Assembly: GCA_009103225.1 (NCBI GenBank)
Contig: RHPI01002069.1
Span: 1,017,378-1,081,377, forward strand
Length of the DNA: 64,000 bases
Reading direction: 5' to 3'
Source of the DNA: Chlorokybus atmophyticus
Taxonomy: Eukaryota > Plantae > Mesostigma and Chlorokybus algae
Shown here in pieces: positions 1-13,588 of the stretch. The first letter of the stretch is position 1; every line of letters starts with the position of its first letter. A program made the translations under genes and the position numbers. The notes below the pieces were generated by a model, which saw nothing but the letters and a program-made list of their open reading frames with translations, was not told where the DNA came from and ran no database searches.

Positions 1-61
1 ATGCGCAACGACCGTACCACCGCGGCCTCAAGATGGATGTTTGCAGGCAAGAAATGGCGCC

Positions 62-455
62 GGCGGGAAAATGCCTGCGGAAATGTAAGGCAAACCTGAA
101 CATGGGCTCCCACAGCACATCGACGTATGTCGACATAAATAGTCTTTGTAAAACTTACCCGCGCTTGTCCGCATCGACGTGAGACGGCAAGTCAGCCCAC
201 GCCGTCATTGACACACCGAGACTGATCACGCTCCGTCACCATCGACACGCGCGTCAAAACATAGACATTGTTGAGTTGATACTTCCCCCACGGGCCGCCT
301 GACTGTCAAGACTGAAGGCGAAGGTGTTGTCAATCAGGAACCACTTTACTTTGTTTTGGCCAAACTATTGGCGCGACACAGCGCCTCATCGAACAGGTTT
401 TTCTCCCCTCTCTTTTGGCGGGAGCGCAGTTTTGTGTTGATTGCTGCTTTCCCGC
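62..455. promoter_or_regulatory. Cluster of E2F-like motifs upstream of the first gene
   Basis: GGCGGGAAAA (62-71), TTTTGGCGGG (413-422) and TTTCCCGC (448-455) match the E2F consensus TTTSSCGS. Confidence 0.4.
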
Positions 456-771
456 GGAAAAGCAGCGGCTTCAGTCCGAGAGTTTCGGCTGTGCGATCGC
501 CTGCCCTGCAGCGAACTTCGGCTTCGTGTGGCGGCACAATCGCCTGCAGCCTGTGAAATGGTGGATGGAGCAACAGCAGAGCAATAGGGTGGGCGTCGGT
601 GTCGCTGTGCTTGTCGCTGTGCTTGTCGGGGGCGGCGACCGCGGGTTGCCAGAGTCGGTGCGGTGCACGGTGGTGGCAGTGTCTATCGTGCGTGTGATTT
701 GTGTGAGTAAGTTTTCAGCTTGATCAGCTGGGGGACCAGCTCAGGGCTTTTGCCTGGATAGGCGCCAGCAC

Positions 772-3700
772 ATGGCTGTAGAGGTGGCCGGCGGTAGGGG
801 CGGCTGCGAGTTGGCATTGGAGGCGGGGGACGGCGGCAAGAACGAGTCATCTGCTTCAGTTGATATGGTATGCGTCATGGGCACAGCTTGCATGGTGGTA
901 CTTGTTCAAGACTTGTTTGAAACGACCATGAGCTGGCATGAAGAGCATGTTATGTGCATGTCTACATGCCGGCATACACATAACATGCTCTTCATGCCGG
1001 CTAGCAATGCCGGTATACAATGCACGCAGCAGCGCAGCCCCAGTAGTTGATGCATTAGCAGTGTTGTTGCTATGGAATGCTGAATGATGTGCATCAGCTT
1101 GGTTGCTATTTGCAAGCAGGTTCAGACGTTTGTTGCTCTACCGTCGCCTGAGCAGACAATGCAGCAGCACTGTAGTACTTCTTGGTCAGCGCACAAAGTC
1201 TTGCTTCATTTTGTTAGCTGCGGGTGTGTCGCCTTCATTTGCTAATCTCCTGTCGCTTGCAGGGCAAACGACACCAGTTGGATGTTGACGAAGCTCCATC
1301 ATCACAAATGACTGGTAATGCGCGTCTGTGCTTGCTCTTTTGTTTGCCGAGTTGTGCTGGTCAGTATGCTGCGTTGATAGCCATACTCGATTATTGGGCA
1401 AGCTGATTGTGGCAATGTGGCACAGAGGATGTCACGCGGACAGCAGCAGCAAGCAACAACTGGCTGCGGCGCAGCACCACCAGCACGAATGATGGCAGCG
1501 AGTGTCCTAGCCCTGTGCATGTACGCAGCAGATACTGGTCATGTTGTATCGACATACTTGAGTGCCTTGCATTCAGCCGTCTTGCCATGTTCCGTGCAGA
1601 ATGGCACCATGCCCGCATTATGGCCTGGCCAGATGGCCGATGACCTCGCACGCCTCAGGCACGACCTCAGCCCCATGGTCGCCGCCGCATATGTCCTTGG
1701 TGATGAGCAGGATGGCGCTGCCATCAATGCAGTTATTACAAAACTGGAAGAGCTTCAGGTAAGCTAGTGGAATCTTTGGCCTCTCACTCAATGTGCACAT
1801 GTTGAACACGACCTGTTGACCTTGCTCTATATAGAGCCAGTCCAGGATGCAAGGTGCCGCCATTGCAGGAGTTTTAGAAAAGATGACCGCTCGTTTGAGG
1901 GATCAGGTACTGCGTGCTACATCCTGCAGAAGGCCTACGTTTGCGATGTTTGCTAGTCTCTGATGGCAATGTGCTGGAGAACAACTTACCACATAATGTT
2001 GCGCTGGCCATGCAGGCAATGGCTACAGACGCCACCCTTACAGCTGCAGCAGCTGAGGTCAAGCGGTTGCGTGCGGAGGTCTCTCGCCATGCAGCCGCCT
2101 TTCGGGACTGCGAAGACGCACTGGCCTCACGTGATGAAACAGCTCAAAGCCTTGCAGCTGAGGTCAGTTGGGTATACCCCGTCATACTAGCGTGTTGTAG
2201 GTGCCTACTAACAAGGAATGGTGGGCAGCTGTGTGTAGTTAAGGCAGAGCTGGATGTAGCAAACTCGCGGATTGCAAAACTTGCCGTCGATGAGGGTGCT
2301 GCGGAGCAACTGGCGCAGATGCAGCAGGCACTGCGAGAGTCAAAAGAGGGACTGGCCGCTGCTGAGGAGCAGTTGGCGCACTTGAAGGCTGACTCTGCTG
2401 ACAAGGACGCCATGTTGCTGCAAGCCGTGGAGAAGGTAACAATACCAACAGATGCTTGTGCTGAGTGTCACTGCCATACGACAGAAGCAGTTGTCAGTAT
2501 GGTGACTAGCAACTTGTTGGCGGTGTAGTGCACCTTCAGATGCCTACAGTTTGTTGAACGCTTCCCTGATAACTACTTGCCTGCAACCAAGCTGATGTTG
2601 ATGGGAGTTGCTGGATTGGTACTGGGTGCATCAAGTTGTGATGTTCTTCAAGCGACCAGTTGTGCCAGCGTTGATAGCAACTACATGACTGCTGCAGGTT
2701 GAGACTTTGCGCGTGGACCTTGCTAATGCAGAGACGCTTGATGCTGCAAAGCTGGCAGAGATAAGATCACTGCGTGCTCAGGTGCCCCTCCTTTACCGAA
2801 AATGCTGTTGTGCTGGCCTATTCGATGCGCTTTTGCAGCAAGAGCATGCAGTTGACAATGCCAGATTGGTGAATTCAGGTGAGAGCAAAAACGCAAGAGC
2901 TGGAGTTTTCTCAAGAAAAGGCCCGGTTACACGAGGAGGTACGTACGCTTCAACATGCTTTGCACATAAGCACTCAACACCAGTGTCAAAGTTATAGTCT
3001 GATAAGCAACATGTGTAGGTTGCTGCCAAGCTCCGTGAGGAGCTTCAGTCGCAGACCTCACAACAGCAGGAGCAAAGCGAGCGCATGGATCAGGTGGAGC
3101 AGGCCCTCTCCGAGGCGCGTTCACGCGCTGCGGAGATGGAGAGCAATGCCTTGTCTATGGCTTCCATGCTCACAGAGTCTGGCCTCACCAGCCCCGAGAA
3201 AGCAGTAAGTATAGCAAGAACGTGGTAATGAGTAGATGCCCGCAAGGCTGCTCACTGTTACCAACCCTGACTTCAGGCAGTGAGCGAAGAGCTGGCGGAG
3301 GAACTTGCAGAAGCTCGACGCCAGCTGGCAGAGGCTCGGGCCACGAACCATGTGCAGTCTGTTCAATTGCAAACGCGAGAGTCAGAGTTGGCTGGACTGG
3401 CGGCATCCCTGTACCGTCTGCAGACACGCATTGGGGATAACCAGGTATGTAACAACAGCACACTGCTTTCCTACACGCTGAGCTCGTACGCATGTGGTCC
3501 AATTCAATGTGTCATCAGGTTGTTTCAGCGGCATCCGTAGCCGACGCACGGGAGGAGTACCTCATGCGCGTGGTCAATGACTTACGGGCGTGCCTGAACC
3601 GAACAGAGAGCGAAATGAACTACATTCGGGTGAGTGGACAAGATAGGATGTCTGTCTTTGAACGTTGCCCATATGCACCATGAAATGTTGTCTCTCACTC

Positions 3701-4447
3701 TCAGCAGTTGGCAGTGGAATGCATACCTCATAGTTACTTGCGTTGTACTTGCTGAAAGTGGATGAGTCTCATCACCTTCATGACGCTGCCTTCGATGCCT
3801 AACAGTCTCATGCATAGAACGACCTTCTTGCGCGGGACAAGGCGCACCGCAGCATTGCACCGCAGACCCCGCGTGGCCAAGAGCACCACCACGACGCAGT
3901 GGCAACGGTGCAGAACTGGCTTACCAACACAGCATCACCACCAAGGGAGGTCAGGGAAGTCCCAGCAGGACCACCTGCTTGTTCCTCAGACACTGCTTCC
4001 ACACAGTCTTCACCCCAGCACAAGGTTGCCATCAGAGCGGACTGCAGGAGGGTGTCGCATGACACTGCGGTTGACAGCTGCGCCGCCACCGCAACAGAAA
4101 GACGCTACAGCGAGGGAAGTGAAGACAGTGGAAGTGAGAAGTATGCTTCGCCGTATGTGCCTGCCAAAGTGGCCCCGCGCAGGTGAGCAGGTCTGATGGC
4201 ATGCACTGCAGCGCGCAAGTTTGGATAGCATGCTGCAAAAGTCTATCACATGCAGCTGTTGACATCGAGTACCCTTTGCAGAACTCCGCTCTCTGCCCCT
4301 GCAAGGGCTAGCATCATTGATGCGTGCCCGGATGAGTCTGCATGGGCTCCTTGGGATGATGCGGATGGAGCGCGCAAGTCCGCTGGCTTAATAAACTACA
4401 AGATGCTACGAGACGACATTCTGAAACTCCTAGCACCTGCTTCATAG
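772..4447 (+). CDS. Multi-exon coiled-coil protein of unknown function
   Basis: Chain of GT-AG bounded exons: MAVEVAGG...VDM|, ...DDLARLRHDL...KLEELQ|, AAAAEVKRLRAEVSRH, ELDVANSRIAKL...ALRESKEGLAAAEEQLAHLK, SEELAEELAEARRQLAE, ending ...LKLLAPAS*. Heptad-like E/Q/L/A composition. Exact 5' exon structure is uncertain. Confidence 0.6.
931..1002. ncRNA. Intronic 26-bp stem-loop (miRNA/siRNA-precursor-like)
   Basis: AGCTGGCATGAAGAGCATGTTATGTG (931-956) pairs with CACATAACATGCTCTTCATGCCGGCT (977-1002). One G-U wobble, 20-nt loop. Confidence 0.35.
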
Positions 4448-6823
4448 GCATAAACTGCGAGTGCATTTGCTCAGAGCATTTGCGGCATGTAGTTCACACC
4501 AGTAGACGTCATATTGATGTTGCTACACTACAACTACGGCTTGGCATTATCAGGGACTGATATACCAGTTAGAGTTTTGTAAATATTCATTTCATTTCAT
4601 GTTATTCTGGTCGATGGTTTTCTCAACCCCGTCTCCTTGTCCTTGTCCATCTCCTTGCTTGTGTCTCGTTTTTGAACAGTAGGCATGGTGGCAGTAAGGT
4701 ATGGTGGCAGCACTAAAAGCGAACGCTGATATGTCAATGATTATACAGGTTGTGTGGTTTGAACAGCACCCTGCCTGCATGATGGGGAACCCATATTTGG
4801 TGAACTTGCACTAACTCACGTCTGGTTTGGTGCGCTCCATACTTGCACTGGTTCGCGCATTTGGTGTGGTGCGTTCTTTGCCAACATAGGATGCGTGTGC
4901 GTATGCGCATATCAATGTGCTTACGCGCACACGCTAACTGGTGCTTTTGCTTTGCTACTCATCTAACGGTTTTGTTGTTCTTACCATCTGCAAACAGAGC
5001 AGACTGCCAATTAATAAACACCATACCATTCTCTCAATGGGCGCCCGCGACCCCGCACAAGCACATACGCGTTTTCAGACCTATCCTGTTCAAGACAGCA
5101 CATCGCAAGCTGTACCGTGTTTGCACATTATATCAGAGACCCTGCATTGAGCTCGCTTGCAAGGGGACATCAGTTGTCTGCCTGTAGCGCTGCACTAAAG
5201 TCTACGCAGTCTACACATGTGCTCTGCGCAGGTTCGTGCTGCTCGGGGATGGGTCTCAATGGTGCAGGGGTGAAGGAGGCATTTGTTGTAGCCTAGGCCT
5301 CTTTTGATTAAGCCTGCTCGGGTGCTGCACGATTCATGCCTGATGACGATGCTGTAGACGCAGCCTGGCCGTGCGTGCGCTTCCGCTGCGGGTCTACTGC
5401 ATGGCTGAATATAGGAGCATTTGTTCTGGCACAGCTGCTAGCCATGACGGTGTCAGCCTAGTACTCGCCTCACTTGCGTTGAGTCCTGCAGTCCTGCTTC
5501 AGATGCTGGATGACCTGCAGTTGCCTGCACTGCCTCTAACATGTACTCCTGACCGCCTTTGGCACCATCAACACGAGGTTGATGGTGGTTCAACCTGATG
5601 CAATGCAAATGCTTCCAGGCTCAGCAGCGAATAAGCGTACAGAGCTTGCACGAAAGTGGTCACTGGTGGAGGTTTCACCGCAATAGCAAGCGGAGTAATG
5701 CGCATGCGCACCTATAGCATTTCCTGCAGTTGGACACGGGACTCGGCCAGTTCCGTGCTTCCATTGTTGGGGGGCCATGTGTGCAATTGCAGCAAGAGGG
5801 TTTACTGGCCTGTTCTTTGCAAGAAGTTCGTCGATATTAAGACTGCAGATATGGTGGTCATGCAGGAGAGGGCTGTTCTGCAACAGAGCTGGATCGGGTA
5901 TCTGGGTTTTTTCTGTGATGCTCTCTGAGACGGGATCGGGCTGGCGAGCGGGCTGAAGTGATGCTCCTGCATCTGGAGGAGCTTCAAGAAGGATTGGCAC
6001 GTGACATTGCAACAGGGCTCTGGCATATCATTAGGGTGCTGGTCATGGCTGATTGTGTTGGGCCGCCCCGCGCTGGGAAGAATGCGGTGCCATAGCGCGG
6101 CTCGTGTTCCTTGACAGCTTAAACGTGTGAGACACTAGTGTGCAACATCGTCACACCAAGCTACGTACTGTCATCCCTGCCTATCACTGCACAAGCATAC
6201 TCACACGCATGCCAGCGGCATGCAAGCACGCCTACACAACTACACTGCCGCAGCCGCCAGCACAGCGTCCGCTTCCGCCGTTGGCGCCGCCGTCTGGACC
6301 GGGCCCCAGCCTGGTACCGCCGCTACGACTGCCGCCCCCCGTAAAGCAGAACGGGGCTGAAAACTGTCCGTTGCTGTGAAAAGTACGTGCTGCTGACTTT
6401 CCACTCCGGCAACCACCGAGGAGTGGGGCGTCAACACAATAGGTGATGTGCAATGACTACATATCACATGTAACGCTGCTGCATGCAACATACTTTGTCA
6501 ACACAAGCGGTTGACATACCATTCACAAATGTGCGCCAGCGTCTTACCAACTGCAATATTGCAAGGAATATACGTTGGCTGCTATTATCAACAACCATAT
6601 CCATTGTTCCCCCGGCTGGCTTAACTGGCCATACCTGGCGTTACAAGCTGTATGGACAAGGCATCCTTTGGGCGTTGAGCTGCCTGTAGCTGCTGTGCCA
6701 ACCACAGGACTGCTCTACGGGTTTAACGGCGCTACCTGTTGTGAGTGTTGTACAAATGCGACAACCTGTAGTTGTCCAATGATGATGATGCCTGTTGAGT
6801 ATCTACAGTTACAGCCACGCCGC

Positions 6824-7504
6824 TCAACGGAGACCAGACCGGTCATAGGGTTTGCATCCTGCACGAAACAGGCAACCTGATCAGCAATGAGTTTACCTTG
6901 TAATGTACTCAACACTGAGGTCTCAGCGTGCATGCGCACTTTTTATAATGCACAGCCCTTTCCAAACAGTCATATGTGCATCGCATTAGTGGAATGTTGA
7001 ATGACTTACAGGCAAGAGCTGGTGTGAACTAAACTGCATTGCTGGCTTCGTGTACACATGGAACAACAACGTACGCTCATTGATGAGAGGAGGGAGAGGC
7101 CGGATGTTGAGCTTCTCAACAAGCAAGTGGACTTCTATATGCCCTGTAGCGAGAAACTTCTGCAGCACTGGTTCAGAGAGCTTGCCAGCAGCCAGAATGC
7201 CCTGCCAAACCATTATATGATTAATACTGACGTATGACAGGCTCCCTGCTTTAGCTGAGCATAACAGTGTCTCTTCAATGGCGTGTACATGACGACACAC
7301 CTTGAACAGGCCGAGCACAACGTCTTCAGGGTAACTGCTTAAGTCAGACACGTGATGGATGTTGTGCACCACGCATCGAAAGCTCAGCTCCCAGAGGGAA
7401 GGCGGCTCATGCTTGTGGCGCAGCCGAGCGCGGGATACTGCTCCTCCTGCTCCTGCTCGATTTTCGCGTGGACCCGACTCACCGCTCCGAGGTGAAGGTA
7501 ACAT
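6824..7504 (-). CDS. Small uncharacterised protein (about 3 exons)
   Basis: Exon ...PPSLWELSFRCVVHNIHHVSDLSSYPEDVVLGLFK|, then GILAAGKLSEPVLQKFLATGHIEVHLLVEKLNIRPLPPLINE|, then probable last exon CKPYDRSGLR* followed by TGTAA. Confidence 0.55.
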
Positions 7505-8470
7505 CACACACTAGCAGCATGCCTGCAACACAAACAGATGTTGGCGTGATCCCGCAGCCGGGTGTGACTGCGTGGTATTGCGCTCTGGCATCTGCAAACT
7601 TTGGCTACTGGTGACCTGACTGGAACCAAACAGCACGCTGGCAGCATCTGCTAGGGAAAGCGAGATGTATATTGCAGTGAATGCGCTGCTCTCAACATGC
7701 TGGACCGCATGCCTTCTGCATCAACGACTGGAGTGTGTCTGACTGGCCAATATGGCATGGCAGCCCCATGTTGCATTAGCGGTGGGGGAGGGGGCCTTGC
7801 TTACAAGCTGCTAAGCAACAAGGCACAAAGGCTCGCACCAGCCCGCATGATAACAACACCCTACTCACATGTACTAAACGTAGCTGTAATATGTTTGCAG
7901 CTCGTAAACCAGCTCCTGTGCATGGCAACCCTGAGCTAGCCAAGCTTATGTCACCTGTCGCTGAGAATGTCCAACAGCAAGGAGAAGATTCCCAAGAATT
8001 TGCTGCTGTTTAGTGTATTGACCAATACTATACCTGTCTTAACTTAGCTGGGCTATATATATTGCTTTTATCATTGGGTGATAATGAAAAAGGGCATGTC
8101 TGTGACTGGCCAAACAGCGATTACCGTTGTCTCGCAGTACAACCATACTCAACTCGCATGAACATAAGCCATAAGTGACGTGAAACAAACGTGTTGAGCA
8201 ATTGTCGCCCCCCACGTTGCAAGCAGCGCACACGCAATCTTGCACAGAGGTAGCAACAGCACTGAGGCTCACAGCTCTCGGAAACACAACAAAGCTGAAG
8301 TTGACCCCACCTGAAGCCGGCCGTGGGGCAGGCAGACTGTCACCAGCAAGTATTAGCAGCAACAGGCCACATAGCCTCACACCCGCAGCATCATGCGCTG
8401 CTATGCAACCGCTGCCTATACCTCCTCAACCGCCGCCCCCGCTCCCGCCGCCGCCGCCGCCGCCGCCGCG

Positions 8471-8506
8471 GACCAGGACCAGGACCAGGACCAGGACCAG
8501 GACCAC
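8471..8506. repeat. (GACCAG)5 hexamer microsatellite preceded by a (CGC)n run
   Basis: Read directly; lies 5' of the DnaJ gene. Confidence 0.9.
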
Positions 8507-8575
8507 AGCAACCTCGAGCTGGTTGTGGGCGCAGGGGGCGTAGGCGGCGGTGTGGGCGCAGACCGGAGCGGCCGT

Positions 8576-11500
8576 ATGGCTGGTGGCGACACTCCAGGCT
8601 GGCACCTGCAGAGGCTGGTGACCGTCTGCCTCCTGGTTGTGCTGCTGCTGGGCGCTGCCGCCTCCGCTGCGAACAGCAAGGATCCCTACAGAGGTGCTTG
8701 CTGCCGCTGCTGTGGCATTGTTGCTTGTTGTTCAGCGCAGCTCCGTCAGATCTCCAAAGCTCACGCGTATGCAACAGGGTTGGTAGCAAGTCTCATCTCA
8801 CGTCGTTGTTTTTCAAAGAGTGCATGCAGTAGTAGTTCAGCGTGCGTGTGATTCACTGAAGACGCGACACTACAGCACGTCAAGAGGCTGTACAACCCTC
8901 GCAACTACACGCATTCTAGTCTTGTGATGGTTAGCAGCACAGCTGTTGCTCTCTCTTGCAGACACAGCGACATGCAGAGAAGCAGTGCCAGCGACTACAT
9001 GTCAACAAGTGCACCCCACCCCTCCATTATCACGGCTTCGCTGTGCAGTCTCTCACATTTTTGCATTCCTCTGGTGTATTGTATACTGCATTCCGTATTG
9101 ATGTTAATGGTCAACTACGAGCAGTGCTGCTCGATATCAAGCCTTCTGCAGTTTGTTGGAACGATTGACGGTGTGCAACTTATTATACAAATGGCCGCTT
9201 AACACAATACGTACATGCTGCAGTGTTGGGAGTGGACCGCGCAGCCAATGCGGATGAGATCAAGAGGGCATACAAGAAGCTCGCACTGAAATGGTGAGCT
9301 GATTGCCCCGCGTCAGTGAAGGAGTCGTTGTGATCTGTCTACAGTGTTGTGCTTAGCCTTCTTGTAGTTGAATGACATTTTACCCAGGCATCCTGACAAG
9401 AACCCAACAGAGGCAGCGAAAGCAAAGTTTGTGGAGGTGCGGTCAGCAGATGTGCATGCTTGATGGTGGTTGCAGAACATGAATCGTGAATGACGCAATG
9501 GACTCACTCGTTGCCAACGTCCTGCAGCTTCAGCATGCTTATGAGGTGCTTTCGGATGACGAGAAGCGCCGGCAGTACGACGTGTTTGGCAACATGGTAA
9601 GCTGCGCATGTGTACCGCATGACCGCATTGTTGAGCGTGTTGTCGGGACATTTTTTGTTCGCATGCAGGATGGCCCCCGGCAAGACCATTTCCAGCATCA
9701 TAACTACCCCGGTGGTGGTTTTAGGCAGCCATTTGCCGACTTTGGGTTCACGTGGCCTCCCCAACCAGGTGTGCTGAGTGCTTTATCATCCATGTTCTTG
9801 ACGGGCTGCAAGTGCGTGCTGTCAAAATGGCAACTTGAGACGTGCCAACATGCAGATCCGATTCCGAGCGCAACCGTTTCGTTGCATCTGGGGAACTTTG
9901 AAGACATGGTGTTGAGAGGCAATGCTCCGTGGCTAGTGCAGGTTTGTGTTAAGCACCGTTGACAGTATGTGCTAATTACTTGTTCCACTCCAGTTTGGAA
10001 CCAGCGTGTGCCTTCCACAATGGTCATGTGATGTGATGTACTGTGTGTGCGTATGCTCCAGCGTCGCATACACATGTGGACTTGTGCTGATCCGCAGGTT
10101 TATGCAGACAGCAGTTCTGAATGCGTGCGTCTGGCGGCTCAATGGGAGGAAGCGGGTGAGTTGATTGACAACACAATCACAGGCATATGTTTGTTACAAT
10201 GGCTCGGTGTCAATCGAGTCACAGAGTGCGCAACATGTCACATTGCTCGATCCAGCATGGGGGCACCTAATAGAGTGAATGTGTTGTGTCGCAGCACGGC
10301 ACCTCCAAGGCATAGTGCGGGCCGGACGGGTCAACTTCATCAGCCAGAAGCGGCTTGCGGCAGCACTTGCAGAGACCACGTGGACATCCCCCACACCTGT
10401 TTACAGCAGAGGTATCGCATATCTCTGCCTTCATGCCACAACTTTCTCCAAGCTCAACAGCATTGCTGCTCCCCTTCTGCAGGCTTGCCGGCAGTTTTAG
10501 GCTTCCCCGCAGGCTGTCAGCAGCTCTCCTGTCTCGTAAGGTCTGAACTAAGCAGCACGCTGCAAGCATGCACGCATGCACGCATGCACACATGGCCAAG
10601 ATGTTGCATCAAGGCAACCATCCTGGCGTCACCTCAAGAGAACATTTGCTTTTTGCCTCACTTGTGATGCGGTGTGTGCAACCTTACAGGTTTGCTAGCG
10701 CCAACTCAGCTGAAGCCTGGGTGCAATTCGCATTGGATGAAGTGGCGCGGCTGCCAGACATCCAACAGCTGTCAACCGCCGCTGATGTGGTATCTGTCTA
10801 CTCTTCAACCGCTGTTCCTCCGTTTATGTCCGGTTGCTAAATCGCAGAATGGTTGGTTGCAGGATGAGTGGCTGCGCAGCGCACCCCACAAAGTGCACAC
10901 GCTTGTGTTGGGATCAAGAAGCAAAGCGGCTTCCCCGCTGCTGCGGCAATCTGCCGTGAAGTTTGCCAACTTTCACCAGTTTGCTCGCGCCGTGTTCGAC
11001 ACCAGCAACAGTCACATTTGGCGCACGAGGTGCGTCCTGCACTTATGTCCTCGGCACCAGCTGCTTTTGCGCTTGTCCAGAGTGACATGTTGGTCGGCAG
11101 GTTTGGCGTGCAGCGAGCACCCGCTGTAGTCATTGTCAAGGAGACTGATGAGCCTGCAGTGATCCACTATGGTAGGAGGCTGGCTTGTTGTTGTCATCTG
11201 TATTTGCATTGCTTACATATGATGCGAGAGATCATCAACCTCTGTCTGGCTTGCGCCTGGCAGGTGCTTCGTCTGCTACTACGCTGAATGACTTATTGCA
11301 AAGCAATCGCTTCCATGGCAAGCTGATGCCACGAGTTTCCTTCCATCAGCACTTATGCATGATGCATACTGTTACAGAGATTTAGTTGTCTTTTGCACAT
11401 GCAGTGCTGCCGCAGCTGCACGCGATGTCGGCTTCCCATCTGGACTGCGACCCGACGCGCAGCAAAGCACGTGACGAAAGGCTTTGCATAGTTGCGATTG

Positions 11501-13588
11501 GTGCGCCTTCCTCAAACATGGAGGTTGCTAAGCAGGTGAGTAGCAACCAGTCATCAGACAGCATCAGCTGTACTGCTCAAGTGTTCATGTACATGCGTCT
11601 CATCGCTTTCGTGTGCTGTGTTGGCATTGATGTCAATCAATGCCACCATGAATGCCACTACAAGTTGCGCTAAGGATGCGCCGAAGGGAAATTGAAACAC
11701 AGGTATTAAGACAAGTCAAGCACTACTTGATGGATTCCAAGAGCGTGTCGTACCACCGCGCCGCACAGCACATGGAGGATGACAGGCTGGTGCTAGCCTG
11801 GGCTAATGCTGCAACTCAGCAGGTACTGCCCAGCTTGTATGTACATCGTGCAACGTCGTCATTGTTACTGATTGTTCGTTTGACAGAGGTTCTGCAAATT
11901 TCACTTCAACGCGTCCGCACAACAGCAAGTATGCCATGCCACAAGTTCCGACGCTAGGCCGCAGCTACTTGCGTACCGCAGCTCTCGTGACTACAGATAC
12001 ACCGTCTTCAATGGTTATCAAGACACTCGGAGTGTAAGTTGCATGCCGTACAGACCACACTCGAGCAAATTTGCAATGCGTGTCTCAAGACCAATGGTTC
12101 ATTCTTTTAACACTACTCAGCGAACACTACTCAACACTCAGGTTTCGCAATGGATTGACGACTTGCTTGGCGCCAAGCACAGCAGTCAGGTATGTGTAAA
12201 CTGGCATCACAATCATGCACAAGGCCACCCATGGCACATTGTAGTGTCTGTCTGCTGTGTGCAGTGGACAGTTCCAGGCAAGCCGCCTCCCAGTTTTCAG
12301 CTGGAAGACCAGCCCAGTTGGTTGCGAATGTTGTTGGTGGGATTCAAGGCTGCCATTCGATTGGCGATGCGCAAGAGCGATGCGTGGAGCACGGCGTTGG
12401 GCATCACAAACACGCTCTTTCCGCTTCTCAGCTTCGCGCTCGCTGTCGCTGTACCCTTGTTGGTGACAGCGATGGCTTCACGAGCTACTAGGCAGGCATG
12501 TTTTAGAGGCAACGTGGAGTGCCTTGGAACAGAACTGTCCTGTTGTGTTGTGATGCCTAAAGCACCGTTTACAACTATTGTTTGTCTCACTCAGGCGCAG
12601 GCCAGGCGTGTGGGACGCAGACCTCTGAACAACTCTAGTGCCCCATCCGCAGCATCTACAGCAGCTTCGAGACAATCCGTACCCACGCCAAGGCAGCCGG
12701 CAGCGGATGTTGTCACACTTACAAGGGAGACTGCTGGCTTGCTGCCGGCCAGTGGCGTCTACATTGTTATGCTGTTGCTGCCAGGACCAAGGTTGGTTTT
12801 TGTTGTTGCACTGGCACCATCTGCTGCGCATCTGCATCTGAACGTGACTTGCTTGCTTGGCAGTGACAGTGCGCAAAGCATGAAGTACAACAGATCTGAG
12901 TTATCCTCTGTGAAGGCATTGTTAAAGGTACTACTGGTGGTGATTGGTAATTCGGGTTGCTTTACAAACTTAAGCTTCAAATGTTATGCAGGTGGCAGCC
13001 GTGTTTGCAAGGGAGAAAAGACTGCGTTTTGCAACAGTAAGTCTCAGGTCGCTATGCCCTGCATAGCAATAACAGTCTGGTTAATGCAAGTCCGATGACA
13101 GACGTGCTTTGCAGTTACGCTCTGTACAACACCAACACTGGCAGCAGTTTGCACGGGAGCAAGTGGAGGCTGCTGCTTGCTCTTGCCCGGTATGTTGTGG
13201 TTGTGTTTACTGCTTGCTCTTGCATTCTGAGTCCAGGTTACACCTTACTCTGCTGCTGGCATTGGCACGTTGCGCCTATGACAACTGTCACTCTGGTCAA
13301 CTTTGTCACTTGTGCTTGTATCCTTTACCGCATAATGTTTGGTGAAGTGTTAACAGGACGCAGCACTCAGCTGTGCGCTGTGATTGAAAACTGCTGTTTG
13401 CACCATACATTCTTAAATAACGGTAGAGTCCGTGGCAGCTTGTGGTGTGGCACCCATCAAGGAAAAAGTTGAAGCGGCTGGTGGGGCTGGATGTTGATGA
13501 TGTCGCCAGAGTGCGGTTGCAACTAGAGCAATTGCTGGATGGTATTGCTACTTGGGAGCTAGGGACTTGGCATGACCTGTCAGTTTGA
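8576..13588 (+). CDS. Secretory-pathway DnaJ protein with thioredoxin-like folds and a TM segment (DNAJC16/ERdj-like)
   Basis: Signal peptide (LVTVCLLVVLLLGAAASAA). J domain KDPY..VLGV..A..DEIKRAYKKLALKW-HPDKN..AYEVLSDDEKRRQYD. Trx-like WLVQVYADSSSECVRLAAQWEE and RFGVQRAPAVVIVK. Hydrophobic LFPLLSFALAVAVPLLV. Last exon ...RLQLEQLLDGIATWELGTWHDLSV*. Confidence 0.85.

Noticed and set aside
4590-6450. Several 60-140 aa ORFs on both strands
   Set aside because: No recognisable motif and no consistent exon chain. A gene may be present but I cannot support strand or product.
8471-8506. Regular short repeats as a possible CRISPR array
   Set aside because: Contiguous hexamers with no spacers; eukaryotic microsatellite.
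11145-11152. CTGATGAG hammerhead-like core
   Set aside because: Lies in a DnaJ coding exon (TDE); no flanking stems or GAAA partner.
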